This document shows, one piece after another, positions 50,730-63,126 of a stretch of 64,000 nt of DNA. The stretch covers positions 2,790,001-2,854,000 of the forward strand of contig CAKKNE010000002.1 in the NCBI GenBank assembly GCA_918797485.1, in the 5' to 3' direction. The position numbers and the translations under genes are program-made. Below the pieces are notes generated by a model. The model searched no databases and was not told the DNA's origin. It worked only from the letters and a program-made list of their open reading frames with translations. Each line of letters starts with the position of its first letter. Positions within the stretch are counted from its first letter, which is position 1. This stretch comes from Pelagomonas calceolata (taxonomy: Eukaryota).

Positions 50730-51039
50730 GGTTGCGCGTAGCGTTGCTGCGTAACTTTGCTGCGTCCCGCTGCGTTGCTAATGCAACAGATCCGCTCTCT
50801 GGCGCCGAAACTGCCTCGAAAAAACTTCGTTTGTACAGTCCTAGTATCTTACACCGCTAGCTCAGATCAGCTCCTCCACACGCCCCGTCGGGTAATAGAG
50901 GCTAGGCTAGGCGCACACCCAAAATACCCCGGCCCGGGGATCACCAGAGCACAGCGGCACACAAGTCTGTGCAAGCGCTCACGACAGGCTCCTGAACCAG
51001 TCCGGAGCTCCACCGGTGGTCGAGCGAGGCTGCCCCATC

Positions 51040-51834
51040 ATGTCCTGCAAGGGAGACTGGCGCGGCCGCTCGGAGGCGAAGGACGTCGTGCGCGAGCGGG
51101 CCTGGGCGGCCCTCGAGGCGTCGGGCGATGCCAGAGATGACGACGGCCCGCGCGGCCGCATACCCGACTTTGTCGGCGCGGAAGACGCGGCGGCCGCGCT
51201 CGCGGAGACGCCCGAGTGGCAGCAAGCGCGCGTCGTGAAGTCGAACCCGGACCCGCCGCAAGCGCCCCTGCGGCGGCGGGCGCTCGAGGAGGGCAAGACC
51301 GTCTACGTGCCCGTGCCGCAGCTGACGGAAGACACGCCCTTTTTAAAGCTGGACCCGGCGGTGCTGAAGGCGAAGGGCGTCGCCTTCGCGGACGCGGCGA
51401 CCGCGGCCGGCGCGGCCCGGCACGGCGAGGGCGTGCGCTTCGACCAGATGGAGAAGTTCGACATTGCAATCGTGGGTTCCGTGGCCGTGGCGCGCGAGGG
51501 CGCGCGGCTAGGCAAGGGCGGCGGCTTCGCGGACCTGGAAATGGGGATATTTCGGCACTACGGCTGGGTCACGCCGGGCGAAACGCCGATCGTCACCACG
51601 GTCCACCCGACGCAGCTCGTCGACGGCGTGCTGAGCGCGGCGCTCGACGAGTGGGACGTGCCCCTCGACCTCATCTGCTGCCCGGGCGAAGTCATTAGGA
51701 CGCAGACAGCGCTGCCGCAGCCGACGAAGACGGTCTCCTGGAGCGCCGTGCGGCCCGACCAGTTCCGGGACATCCCCTTCCTGACCGAGCTCCGGCGCGA
51801 GATGGATGGCTTGTTTGCTCACGATAACAGTTAG
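51040..51834 (+). CDS. 5-formyltetrahydrofolate cyclo-ligase-like protein (MTHFSD type)
   Basis: GRIPDFVGAE, KSNPDPPQ, GSVAV..GARLGKGGGFADLE and VTTVHPTQ. Confidence 0.88.
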   Translation: MSCKGDWRGRSEAKDVVRERAWAALEASGDARDDDGPRGRIPDFVGAEDAAAALAETPEWQQARVVKSNPDPPQAPLRRRALEEGKTVYVPVPQLTEDTPFLKLDPAVLKAKGVAFADAATAAGAARHGEGVRFDQMEKFDIAIVGSVAVAREGARLGKGGGFADLEMGIFRHYGWVTPGETPIVTTVHPTQLVDGVLSAALDEWDVPLDLICCPGEVIRTQTALPQPTKTVSWSAVRPDQFRDIPFLTELRREMDGLFAHDNS

Positions 51835-51843
51835 TTTAGATTG

Positions 51844-52959
51844 CTAGCTCGTCTTCGTCACGACCGTCTTGGCGTGGATCGCCGCCGCGACGTCGGCGTC
51901 GAAGACTGCGTTCTCCGCCGTCAGGCACGATGCGGCGCCGCACGCGAGGCCGTAGGCGAAGGCGCCCACCGGATCGTCGTTCTCGAGCCATTTTGCGAAC
52001 GTGGTGCCGGCGACCGTGTCGCCTGCTCCAATCGGCGACAGGACGGGCCCGAACTCGGACAAGCTAGGGCCGGCGAGCGCGTAGACCGCGTCGCCGACCA
52101 GCGCCCCGCCCGGGTGCGGTCCGTCCGTCCACAAGATGGCGGCGAGCGCGTCGCTCGAGAGCTTGGCGGCCAGCGCTCGCGCCGCATGTGCGGTTCGGGC
52201 CGGATCGTCGACGCTATCGGCCGCGCCCGCCGCCAGCGGGTCGCCCGCCGCCAACAGTAACTCGCGGGCGTTCACCTTCAGCACCATGCGCGCGCCGACG
52301 CTCGCGGCGGCGGCGACGGCGTCTTCGAGTCCCGCGACGGCGTCGATCAGAAACTTGCCGCCTTGCGCGAGGGTCGCCGCCGCACAAGTGCTGTAGAAAT
52401 CGGCCGGTACGCCAGGCGGCAGCGAGCCCGCCGCCAGCAGGCCCGGCGCGGTCCGCGACGCGAGCGCCGCGCGCAGCGCGTCCAGCTCGGTCGCCGTGAC
52501 CGCTCCGGACGGCTCCACGATCTCCGTCGCGTTGCCGTCGGCAACAAGCGTCGTGCAGATCCTCGTCTGCGAGGCCGTGCGGATCCAGAGCGCCTCGTCA
52601 GCGCCCGACGCGCGTTTTCGCAGCGCTTCTGCAAGTGCGTCGCCGGCGTCGCCGCCGTAGAACTGCGCGAGTGCCACGCTGCCCGGTCGTGCGGCGGCCG
52701 CGGCAAGGTATGCGCCCTGGCCCTTGCCGCCGACGCCTCCACCGCTCTCAGCAGCACGATTGACGGCACCGATGACGAGCGGTTTCTCGAACGCGACGCG
52801 GCGCTGGAAGGCAGCGTTGAGGCCTAGCACGACGCCCGGCTCCTTTGTAGACATGCTGATTGTGCTGCGCAGCCTCGGTCTGAAATTGCTGCGCAGCCTC
52901 GCCGGTGTCAGCGCGCACGCCGCCGCTGCGAGGGCTGGTGCAAGGTAGTGCAGTCGCAT
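51844..52959 (-). CDS. PfkB/ribokinase-family sugar kinase, probably plastid-targeted
   Basis: GVGGKGQG, KVNAREL and SPIGAGDT; leader MRLHYLAPALAAAACAL. Confidence 0.85.
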   Translation of the reverse strand: MRLHYLAPALAAAACALTPARLRSNFRPRLRSTISMSTKEPGVVLGLNAAFQRRVAFEKPLVIGAVNRAAESGGGVGGKGQGAYLAAAAARPGSVALAQFYGGDAGDALAEALRKRASGADEALWIRTASQTRICTTLVADGNATEIVEPSGAVTATELDALRAALASRTAPGLLAAGSLPPGVPADFYSTCAAATLAQGGKFLIDAVAGLEDAVAAAASVGARMVLKVNARELLLAAGDPLAAGAADSVDDPARTAHAARALAAKLSSDALAAILWTDGPHPGGALVGDAVYALAGPSLSEFGPVLSPIGAGDTVAGTTFAKWLENDDPVGAFAYGLACGAASCLTAENAVFDADVAAAIHAKTVVTKTS

Positions 52960-53355
52960 GCGCGGGTGCCGTCGCGCGAACGCTAACGAATCGCAGGCCT
53001 CGAAAGTGCAGTAATGTGGGTCTTGAGGACTGACTGCGACCGTCTGCGTGATGCAGCTTGTGTGGAGAGCCACGAGAGCCAGCACCGCCGCGATGGTGTA
53101 TATACTTAAGTACCTTATGGTACCTTATATAACTCGGAGGTAAAAAAAAATAGGATAATGTGGAAACGGGTACAGGGGATTTTTTTGCTGTTGTCACAGG
53201 CGATGCCACCATTACAAGGGCTACAGCAACGGTATTGCATTTATAATCGACCCACCTGACCATTCTCCCCCCGCGCGAGGCCGTCGCGCAAAACTCGTCT
53301 CCCACTTCCGCTAGTTTCGAACGGAAAGGTTATCACAATTACAAGACTAGCCCCC

Positions 53356-54810
<1,455 letters not shown>

Positions 54811-55432
54811 TTATTTTGCAATGAAAAGGTGTGCTCGCTGCTGCACACTGCTCGCAGCCGGGCTTAACCTAGCGTGTCACCGCTGCAGCGTCTTTGCGTG
54901 TTGGAAAGCAACTCAAACACAGCTCACGGGCACCGATGCTTGCGTCTATTGGCGCTTTCACTCGGCCTTTGCTCAGTCGCCCTCGGTGCCAAATGCCAAA
55001 GCTGTCGACTCCCCGATCACGCGTCCTTTGCGCCGCACTACTCCTCCGGGACGCCTCCTGGACGGATAGCTGCTTTCTCAACCTCGGTCGAGCCCCTTCA
55101 TTTTGCATCGCTGCGATTTTGGCATTGGGCGACCGCGGCATTTAACACCGCGTGCGGACCTGCGCTGCAACCACTGGCGAGAGGCAATAGACATTTGAGG
55201 CCACGAGACGAGCGGCAGCGCTTCAGCGGTCGCGAGGCGCCTGTCAGCGAGCAAGACCTATAGCCCTGCAGCAGCGCATTGGCACCGCAAAAGCGCCGCC
55301 GCTGCTCATCCGCTGGCGCTCTGGCCCGCCGACGCTCGTCGCTGACGCCGTAGACACGACTGCTCGCGCCGCATCGGTACGGCGAGGCTCGCGCTCGAAC
55401 TCCGTGCCCCCCGCAGGTCCTCGACGACCACC

Positions 55433-56005
55433 ATGTCGAAGTGCGTCAAAGCCGACGGCAGCGAGCCGACGGAGATCGAGGCCTCCGTGGCCACGGAGCT
55501 GAAGAATTTGGAGCAGGGCTCGTCCGAGATCAAGGTCGAGCTCCGGGAGCTCACGTTCCTGAGCGCGCGCGAGGTCGACGTCGGCGGCGGCAAGAAGGCC
55601 ATCATCATCTTCGTGCCCTTCCCCCAGCTGAAAAAATACAACAAGATCCAGACGCGGCTCGTCCGCGAGCTCGAGAAGAAGTTCTCGGGGCGGCACGTGA
55701 TTGTGGTGGGCCAGCGGACGATCCTGGGCAAGAACTACGCGCGGAGCGCGAAGTCGAAGGGCCCGCGGCCGCGGAGCCGCACGCTGACGGCGGTCCAGGA
55801 CGCCATCCTCGACGATTTGGTCTACCCGACGGAGATCGTCGGCAAGCGCACGCGGTGCAAGTTGGACGGCTCCAAGGTGCTGAAGGTGCTGCTCGACCCG
55901 AAGGACCAGGTCAACGTCGAGACGAAGCTCGACACCTTCAGCCACGTCTACAAGAAGCTCACGAACAAGGAGGTCATCTTCGAGTTCCCGGTCATCGAGG
56001 CCTGA
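55433..56005 (+). CDS. RPS7: 40S ribosomal protein eS7
   Basis: [35 protein letters not shown] and VYKKLT. Confidence 0.97.
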   Translation: MSKCVKADGSEPTEIEASVATELKNLEQGSSEIKVELRELTFLSAREVDVGGGKKAIIIFVPFPQLKKYNKIQTRLVRELEKKFSGRHVIVVGQRTILGKNYARSAKSKGPRPRSRTLTAVQDAILDDLVYPTEIVGKRTRCKLDGSKVLKVLLDPKDQVNVETKLDTFSHVYKKLTNKEVIFEFPVIEA

Positions 56006-56427
56006 GTGTGGTCGTCTAAAATAAAAATAGTTCCGTATTTTGATGTTGCGGCGGCGGCGGCGTGGGGTGTCGGCCGTACAGCTCTCGGAGTCTGTTTCGT
56101 GCTACGTCGTGGGCGGAGACTGGGTGTTGAGGCCCGTTCGAACCGCTCTCTGGCGGCGGCACTTCCCGGAAGCCTGGCGTTTACGATGTGTTGCCGTACG
56201 CTGCTAGCCTCAGCCTAGGGCCTCATAAGCTAGTGTGTTAATGCCGCTAATTAGAGTCGCCGCGACTCCGCACGCGCTCGCTCGGCTGTCTGCGATCCTC
56301 GTGGGTCTCGAACACAGCCGTGCTCGACAAAACGACGAGCAGTATCCAGCCGCGCACGCTCGCCGAACGCTAGCGCAGCTAAGCAGCAGCACAAGCCACG
56401 CTCGCCGCCGAGCGCAGGAACGGGCTG

Positions 56428-58572
56428 ATGGACTCCCCGGGCGCGCCCTCCTCGTCGCGGCTGAGCCCCTTCAAGACCTACCGCGAGTTCGTCGCGGACC
56501 AGCGAGACGACGCGGACCCCCAGGCCTTCGCGCGGAGGTACGGGGAGTATCGCGGCGGCTTCGCGAGGGAGTTGGTGCGGCGCTTCTTCGAACGGAACGC
56601 GGACTTTGCCTGGTTTCGCGACCGCTACGACCCGAGCCGCGTTGAGGAGCGGTGCGAGAAGCAGCGCGCGCGCGCCGCGGGCGCGGCCAAGAGGTTCCGA
56701 GAGGACGTGGACAAGGCGGGCGAGGACGCGGTCAAGCAGGCGTCGCTCGACCCGAACGCGATTGAAACGGTCGCGCCGACCGACGAGGACGAGGACAAGG
56801 TGCCCCTCGAGGCGTCGCTGCACGCGGTGCCCGACCACGCGGCGGCGAATTGTGTACTATTACCCGGAGCGCCGCCCGTCTGCGGCGAGGCGGCTTTGAG
56901 GGACGCCGTGAAGCGCGCCGTCGAGAAGGACGACGACGAAAAAAAGGTGCCGCCGCGCCTGCTCATCGACGACGCCGCCGCGCGGCGCAAGGACGGTTTC
57001 GAGGTCGACTGCTGGCTCCTCTTCGCGGACAAGGACCAAGCTAGAGACGCCTGCAAATTATTGCAGGACGCGCGCCTCGACGTGCCCGTGCCGCCGGCGC
57101 TGACGGATGCTCCGTTACCTTGGGACGAGGCCAGTATCAGAAACGCGCGGAACGTCACCGACGACGACGACCTGGGTGAGGACCACCCCGACCCCATCGC
57201 CCGGGACACGGCCGAGGAGCGCGTCAAGCGGGGCCTGGACCGGGAACCTACCGATCGGGACAACTTCCGGTGCCGCGCGCGGCGCGCGCTGCTCGCCGCA
57301 TCGACGCCGGCGGTCGACGATCTGGGCCGGTCCAAGCCGCCGCGCCGGGCGCCGCGGCCGTGGACGCGCGGCGGCGCGGCGCTGGCGACGCGGCCGCGGC
57401 TCGCGCGCGACGCGGCGCAGGCCCAGGCGCTCGCGGAGGCGCTGGACGCGGCGGCGGACGTGCCGGAGGAGGACCGCTTCGCGCGGGTGGTGGAGGGCGA
57501 CGGCGAGCTCGCGGAATTACTAAGGGGGGACAACGCCGCGCGGCTGGACGTGTGCGCGGCGTATTTGCGGAGGGTGCACCTCCACCTGTATTACGGCGGG
57601 GCGCGGTGCCGCGACGAGGTCGATCTGCTCACGAGGGACGCGGCGTGGCTGACGCGGCCCGACGCGGCCGACGAGCCCCTCAACGCCGCCGAGGAGCTGG
57701 CGCTCTTCGAGAAGGAGTCCACGAAGCTGCGCGACCGCCTGAGCGAGACGAGAAAAAGGAGGCGGTCGGACGGCGACGAGGCCGCCGACGAGGCGAAGGA
57801 CGAGGAACCCAAGGAGGAGGAGAAGGAAGAGGAGGAGGAGGACTGGGGCGCCTCGCTGCGGGCCGAGGACGAGAAGACGATCCGACTGATCCAGCAGGCG
57901 ACGCGCGAGGCCGACGCGACGGCGGAGCCGGACGCGTCCGCGGGCGTCGGCCCGGGCCGCTGCTACCACCCGCGCGGCCGCTGCGCGAAGCTCTTCCCGC
58001 GCGAGGGCCGGTGCCTCGCGGCCGCGCGCGCGCGTTTTGATGGATTGCACAAGCTCGAGGAGGACAACGGGCGCGCCAGGTGCGCCTTCGAGTGGTGCCG
58101 CAAGCTGTTTAAGTCCGACGAGTACCTCAAGAAGCACCTCGCGAATAGGCACGGCGACCACCTCGAGGCCTACCTGACGAGCGCGCGGCGGCCGTTCATG
58201 TGGGCGGTCTACGACGCGGACGCGCACAAGCCCCTGCCGCCCTTACGGACGGCGAATGGCGACGAGGTCGAGCCCCTCGATCTTTTGAGAGGAGGCGACT
58301 TCCAGGCGCCGCGGAAGCGCGACCGCCGCGACCGCGACCGCGGCCGCGACCGCGACCGCCGCGACCGCGGCCGCCGCGACGACTTCCGGTCGCCGCGGGA
58401 GCGGTACGCGGCGGGCCCGCCGCGGCCGCCGCCCGGCGCCGAGCGCTCGAGCGACACGCGCAAGCCCCCCAGCTACGACGACGTCGACGCGCCGAAGCGG
58501 CCGGTCCTCGACCTCGACTACGGCGTCCTCCTGCCGCCGCCGGCCAAGAAGAAGAAGAAGAGCGCCGGCTAG
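56428..58572 (+). CDS. SRRT: ARS2/SERRATE homolog
   Basis: FFERNADFAWFRDRYDP, LDVCAAYLRRVH and C2H2 CRKLFKSDEYLKKHLANRH. Confidence 0.88.
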   Translation: MDSPGAPSSSRLSPFKTYREFVADQRDDADPQAFARRYGEYRGGFARELVRRFFERNADFAWFRDRYDPSRVEERCEKQRARAAGAAKRFREDVDKAGEDAVKQASLDPNAIETVAPTDEDEDKVPLEASLHAVPDHAAANCVLLPGAPPVCGEAALRDAVKRAVEKDDDEKKVPPRLLIDDAAARRKDGFEVDCWLLFADKDQARDACKLLQDARLDVPVPPALTDAPLPWDEASIRNARNVTDDDDLGEDHPDPIARDTAEERVKRGLDREPTDRDNFRCRARRALLAASTPAVDDLGRSKPPRRAPRPWTRGGAALATRPRLARDAAQAQALAEALDAAADVPEEDRFARVVEGDGELAELLRGDNAARLDVCAAYLRRVHLHLYYGGARCRDEVDLLTRDAAWLTRPDAADEPLNAAEELALFEKESTKLRDRLSETRKRRRSDGDEAADEAKDEEPKEEEKEEEEEDWGASLRAEDEKTIRLIQQATREADATAEPDASAGVGPGRCYHPRGRCAKLFPREGRCLAAARARFDGLHKLEEDNGRARCAFEWCRKLFKSDEYLKKHLANRHGDHLEAYLTSARRPFMWAVYDADAHKPLPPLRTANGDEVEPLDLLRGGDFQAPRKRDRRDRDRGRDRDRRDRGRRDDFRSPRERYAAGPPRPPPGAERSSDTRKPPSYDDVDAPKRPVLDLDYGVLLPPPAKKKKKSAG

Positions 58573-58993
58573 GCCGTCCTTCGCCGCCCTGGCTAAAGTC
58601 GGAGGTCTCTTTTAGGACTGGCTTCGCGCCTCGCGGGTCGTCGTTCGCGCGGAGGCGAACTTTTTTGCCAGTTTCCCTTGCCCAGGACGGATACGTCGCG
58701 CGGACTACGCGTCATGCGACGGATCCGTCGCCAGGCTCGAGCTCCAAGTCATCTGTGGCCAAGTGATCCAGGCCTGCGGCTTCGTGCGCGTGCGGCCGGG
58801 CTCTGCAAGTTTTGTGCCTTTACGTTGTGGAATGAATTGTTCTATTGTCACAAAACGGCAGCGCGCGTAATTTCGCAGTACTCTTTGCCACAAGTGCTTT
58901 CCATTTTGTTGCCCTTTGGCTGCACGCGGCGGCGGCGAGGATATAGCGCTCATAAATTTGCGCGGCGGCGCGCCTAAGGCTAGCCGTAGACAC

Positions 58994-59821
58994 ATGGCCT
59001 CGCTCCTCGACGCGACGCGGTCGCTCTGGTCCAGCGTGCTGAACGCGGGCGCCGCGCGCAAGCCGGCGAGCCCGCCCGCGGACCGGCCGTCGCGCCTCAA
59101 GTTCGCGGAGCCCTGCGCGACGACGCACGCCGTCGAGCCGGCGCCGCGCGAGCTGCGCGACGAGGTCTGGTGGACGGCGCGCGACTACGCGGAGATCCGG
59201 CAGAAGCAGCGCGCGCTCGCGCTCGAGGCGCTGCGGCAGGCGCGCGCGGCGCCCGCGGGCACGACGCCGCCGCCGATCCCCGGCGAGTCGCGGCGCGGCC
59301 TCGGCGTCTGCTGCGAGCCGGGCACGACGGCCGAGCGCGCGCGGCTCGTGCAGGAGGGCCGCGCCGAGGTCGTGCGCGCGCACCGCGGCGGCATGGAGCC
59401 CGCGGCGCTCGCCGAGCTCTGCCGCGAGCTCTCGGCCTGGGCCGCCGTGAACGCGCGCGACGTGGCGAGCAAGGACGAGCTCGACGCCTCGACGAGGAGC
59501 GACGCGGGCCACGCCTCGGCCTCGGACCTGCTCGCCGTGGCGGCGCGGCCGCCGGCGCCGCTCTCGACGCCGCCGGCGCCGACGAAGCGCGGCGCCGACG
59601 ACGAGCCCGCGGCCGCGTCGCCGGCGAAGCGGCCCGCGTCGCCGGCGACGGCGAGCGGCGGGTTCCTCGCGGGCGCGCCCCGCGACAACGCGCCGGCCGC
59701 GGGCATCGGCATCGCCGCCGAGCCGCCGCCGCCCGCGGGCGTGACGGCGCCGTGCCAGGCAGGCCTCGCGTCCATGGTCCGATCGGACTCGTTCGGCGAC
59801 CTCCGCGCCGCCGGGTCATAG
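58994..59821 (+). CDS. Hypothetical protein
   Basis: ORF with RLKFAEP...EVWWTARDY...ESRRGL; no named family recognised. Confidence 0.65.
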   Translation: MASLLDATRSLWSSVLNAGAARKPASPPADRPSRLKFAEPCATTHAVEPAPRELRDEVWWTARDYAEIRQKQRALALEALRQARAAPAGTTPPPIPGESRRGLGVCCEPGTTAERARLVQEGRAEVVRAHRGGMEPAALAELCRELSAWAAVNARDVASKDELDASTRSDAGHASASDLLAVAARPPAPLSTPPAPTKRGADDEPAAASPAKRPASPATASGGFLAGAPRDNAPAAGIGIAAEPPPPAGVTAPCQAGLASMVRSDSFGDLRAAGS

Positions 59822-59857
59822 CTTCCTAATCTTATCGTCTAGTAGTACTAGATTAAG

Positions 59858-60612
59858 TCGACTACAACTCCTTATGAGCTGAGGGGAGAGAGAGGAAACG
59901 ACACGCGGGGTAAAGAGGACGATGTGGGGGTAACAGTGCAGGAGGAACATGACGGCCTCGAAGAAGACCGTTCGGACCCGGAGGGGCGTGGAGCCCGTCC
60001 ACCCGGAAGGTGCAGCCAGTCCAGTCGTCGCGCGCCTCGTTCTTGTGGTTGTTCTCGTCCGTCGCCATACCTGCGGAAGGCCTCGCAGTGCGCGGCGGAG
60101 CGCGTGATGGGCGCGCGGCCGCGCGGCGGTGTGTTTGAGCCGCCGCCCGCGCGGTCGACTCGGTCGTCGGCGCCGGCCTTCGCGCGACGCGCGGCGGCGC
60201 CTCGGGGCCGGCGCGCGCGTCACGAGGCGCTCTCGGGCCGCGGCGCGTGGAGGCGGGGCGGGGCGCGGCTCGCGGACGCGGGAAGCGCGGTACCTTCGTC
60301 GATGTTGTGAATCAAACTGCCCTTTGAAGGACCTCCGTGCGGCGCTGCAGCACGTCCGCGCAGGTCGCCGAGGCTCGTCGTCGAGCGCCTGGGTCCGTTC
60401 CGTCGCCGCGCTGTGGCCCTGGTCCACCGCGCCGCGCTTTTGCGGCGTCGTTGGCCGCCGCCCCAGATCGTTCTGCGCTCTGCGATTTTTTTGATTCGCA
60501 AAGGGCCTTTGCGCCCCCCGGCCGGGTCCGCGGCCCCCATGCGGCGCGGGAGGGCTCGGGAGCCTTAGGGGGACGGGTACTAGCGGGTTCCCACTTCCTG
60601 GGGACGCCTGAT
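59858..60612. repeat. Dispersed ~0.8 kb repeat, copy 3
   Basis: Matches copies 1 and 2 from TCGACTACAACTCC to GGGACGCCTGAT. Confidence 0.9.
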
Positions 60613-60729
60613 ACCCATTGCAGCGCGGGCGGCGCGCGGGGCCGCCACATCCCCAAACACTGATCTACCAAGGAGAAGCCAATCCCGTCTGGCAAAGGGT
60701 CGAACAACCGTCTGTAAACCTATCTGCTC

Positions 60730-62617
60730 TTAGGCGTCGATGGCGGCGCGCGCCGCGGCGGCAAAATCGCGCACGTCCGCGTCCTCGTCCGCGTCGAGCG
60801 CGTCCAAACCCGCGCGCACCCGCGCCAGCGCGGCCCCGTCGACGCGCCGCCCGACGGCGCCCAGGGCCGTCGCGGCGTTGAAGCGCACGTTGGGCACGGC
60901 GTCGGCGACGGCCGCCTCGACGACCGGCAGCACGTGGTCCGCGACGGCCTCGCCGTCGAGCGCGCCGGGCGCCGCGGCGAGCGCCGCCAGCGCCCCGAGC
61001 GCCGTCACGCGCCGGAGGTAGCTCTCGTGCCGCGCCAGCGCCGCGACGCGCGGCAGCGCGTCGCCGACCGTCCACGCGGCGCCGAGCGTCGGCGCGAGCC
61101 GGGCCAGCGTGGCCACGGCCGCGGCGCGCACCGCCGCGACGGGGTCGTCGAGCCAGCCCGCGCAGACGTCGCGCGTCGCCAGGTCGAACGCGTCCGCGCC
61201 CAGCTGCTCGCAGACGCCCGGCGTCAGCTCGACGACGGCCCGGCGGACGCGCCACTTCGCGTCCGCGGCGAGCGCCACGACCGCCGGGAGCAGCGCCGCC
61301 GCCAGGGCGTCGACGCCGATCACGGCGTGGATCGGCGCGAGCCGCGAGACCACGTTCAGCCGCACGTCGGCCTCGTCGTCGCGGAGCAGCGTCAGGAGCA
61401 GGGGCAGCACGACGTCCGCCGCCGCCGCCGCGCCGAGCGCCGGCGCCAGGTCCGCGGCGCGCTGCGCGAGCGCCGCGCGCACGCTCGCGCTCACGTCGCG
61501 TGTGAGCGCGTCGACCGCCGGCGCGAGGCCGTCGAGGGCGTCGCCCGGCGCGCGCGTCGCGTCCACGGCCTCGGCGACGTGCAGGGCCGCCGCGGCGCGG
61601 ACCTCGGCCTCGGGGTCCGTCATGAGCTTCGCGTAGGCCGCGCGCAGCGCCGCCGGCGCGTCGAGGCCCCGCGCGAGCGGCGCGAACGCGTAGGCCAGCG
61701 CGTGCCGCGCGCGCCAGGCCGGATCCTCGCCGAAGGCGAGCAGCAGCGGGAGCACGACGTTGGACCGGCCGGCCGCGTCGAGACCTGCGCGGGAAGTGAG
61801 GTTATGGGGAGAATCGTGGATAAAAATTTCCGCGCGGGTGCGGGCTCGCGGCGACTTTCTCGAGCGCGGCCACGCAGGCGAGGCGCACGGCGTCCTGATC
61901 GTCGACCGCGAGCTTGCGGAGGACGTCGACGACGTCCGCGCTGCCGCCGGCCCACCATCCGCCGCCCTCGCGGGCCTGGCAGGCCTGCGCGAGGTCGCCG
62001 ACGGCGCGCGCGGCCGCCGCGCGCACCGCCGGCGCGGCGTCGGCCGCGAGCGCCGCTCCGGTGTCTCGCGGCGCGTCGGCCGCGCGCCGCCGCCACGCGG
62101 CCAGCACGGCGCACGCCGCCGAGCGGGCCGTGAACCACTCGTGGCACGCGAGGCCCTCGACGAAGGGCGCGAAGTGCTCGGCCACGGCCGCCTCGGGCAG
62201 CGCCGCGCAGACGCCGCGGGCCGTCTCGGCCGCGGCGGCGCGCACGCCGGCGTCCTCCGCCGCGCAGAGCTGGGCGAGCGGCTCGAGCAGCACGTGCGCG
62301 TGCCGCGCGCCGCCCACGAGGGGCCCCAGCTCCGCGAGCCGCGTCGCGAGCTCGAGCAGCACGCCGTCGACGTCGTCCGTCAGGTCGCAGACGAAGGGCA
62401 CGAGCTCGTCGCGGCAGCGCCGCGGGCCCAGCGCCGCCGCGATCTTCGGCAGGGCCGCGTGCGACCGCTGCCGCGCCGCGACATCGTCGTCGCGCAGCGC
62501 GTCGATGAGCAGGGCTATCTCGCGCAGCGAGTCGCCGTGGTCGCTGACCGTCTCGGCGCTCGCGTCGTCGTCGCCGCCGTCGCTGCTGCCGCCCGTCGGG
62601 GCGCGGAGGGCCGTCAT
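60730..62617 (-). CDS. PP2A scaffold A subunit-like HEAT-repeat protein, 2 exons (acceptor at 61785)
   Basis: IALLIDALRDDD, ALGPRRCRDELVPF, EWFTARSAAC, DAKWRVRRA, YLRRVT and DAVPNVRFNAA; frame change across ~61785-61850. Confidence 0.85.
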
Positions 62618-63126
62618 GGTGGTTTTATTTTATTGCGGTTGCGGCTGCGCTCGCGCAGCTGTCTTGCGCGTGCGGTCGGATAGGTCCTCGGAAGGGCCCT
62701 GCGCGGCTCGGTCCGCTGGCTAGTGCAGCGCAGCGCAGTGGTTTTTCGAAAAAGTGATCGGGCAGCAGGAGCGATGGCACGCGAGTGCGCGCAGCCTCCA
62801 CAACCGCGAAGAGCTGACAGTCTACGTACGCGAAAGCTTTCCGATGACCACTTAGGCTAGTCGGCCCCAGCTGGTCGGCGACCATCGATTTTTGTTTGGG
62901 GAAAACCCGTTTTGTTTTGCAATTGAGACACCCGTGCTGGCGATGAAGTGTACATGCAGATACGCGTAGACGATTCGCCCGACACGTCCGACCAACCTCC
63001 GTACTCAGAAACTTCCACTTGATTGATAGAAGCGCGACGCGCCAGCCCCCTACGACTCACAAAAGTCTCACAGTTTTGATTTACGCGGGGGAGGGGGGAC
63101 GACGGGAAGACGACAACCGGAGCCCG

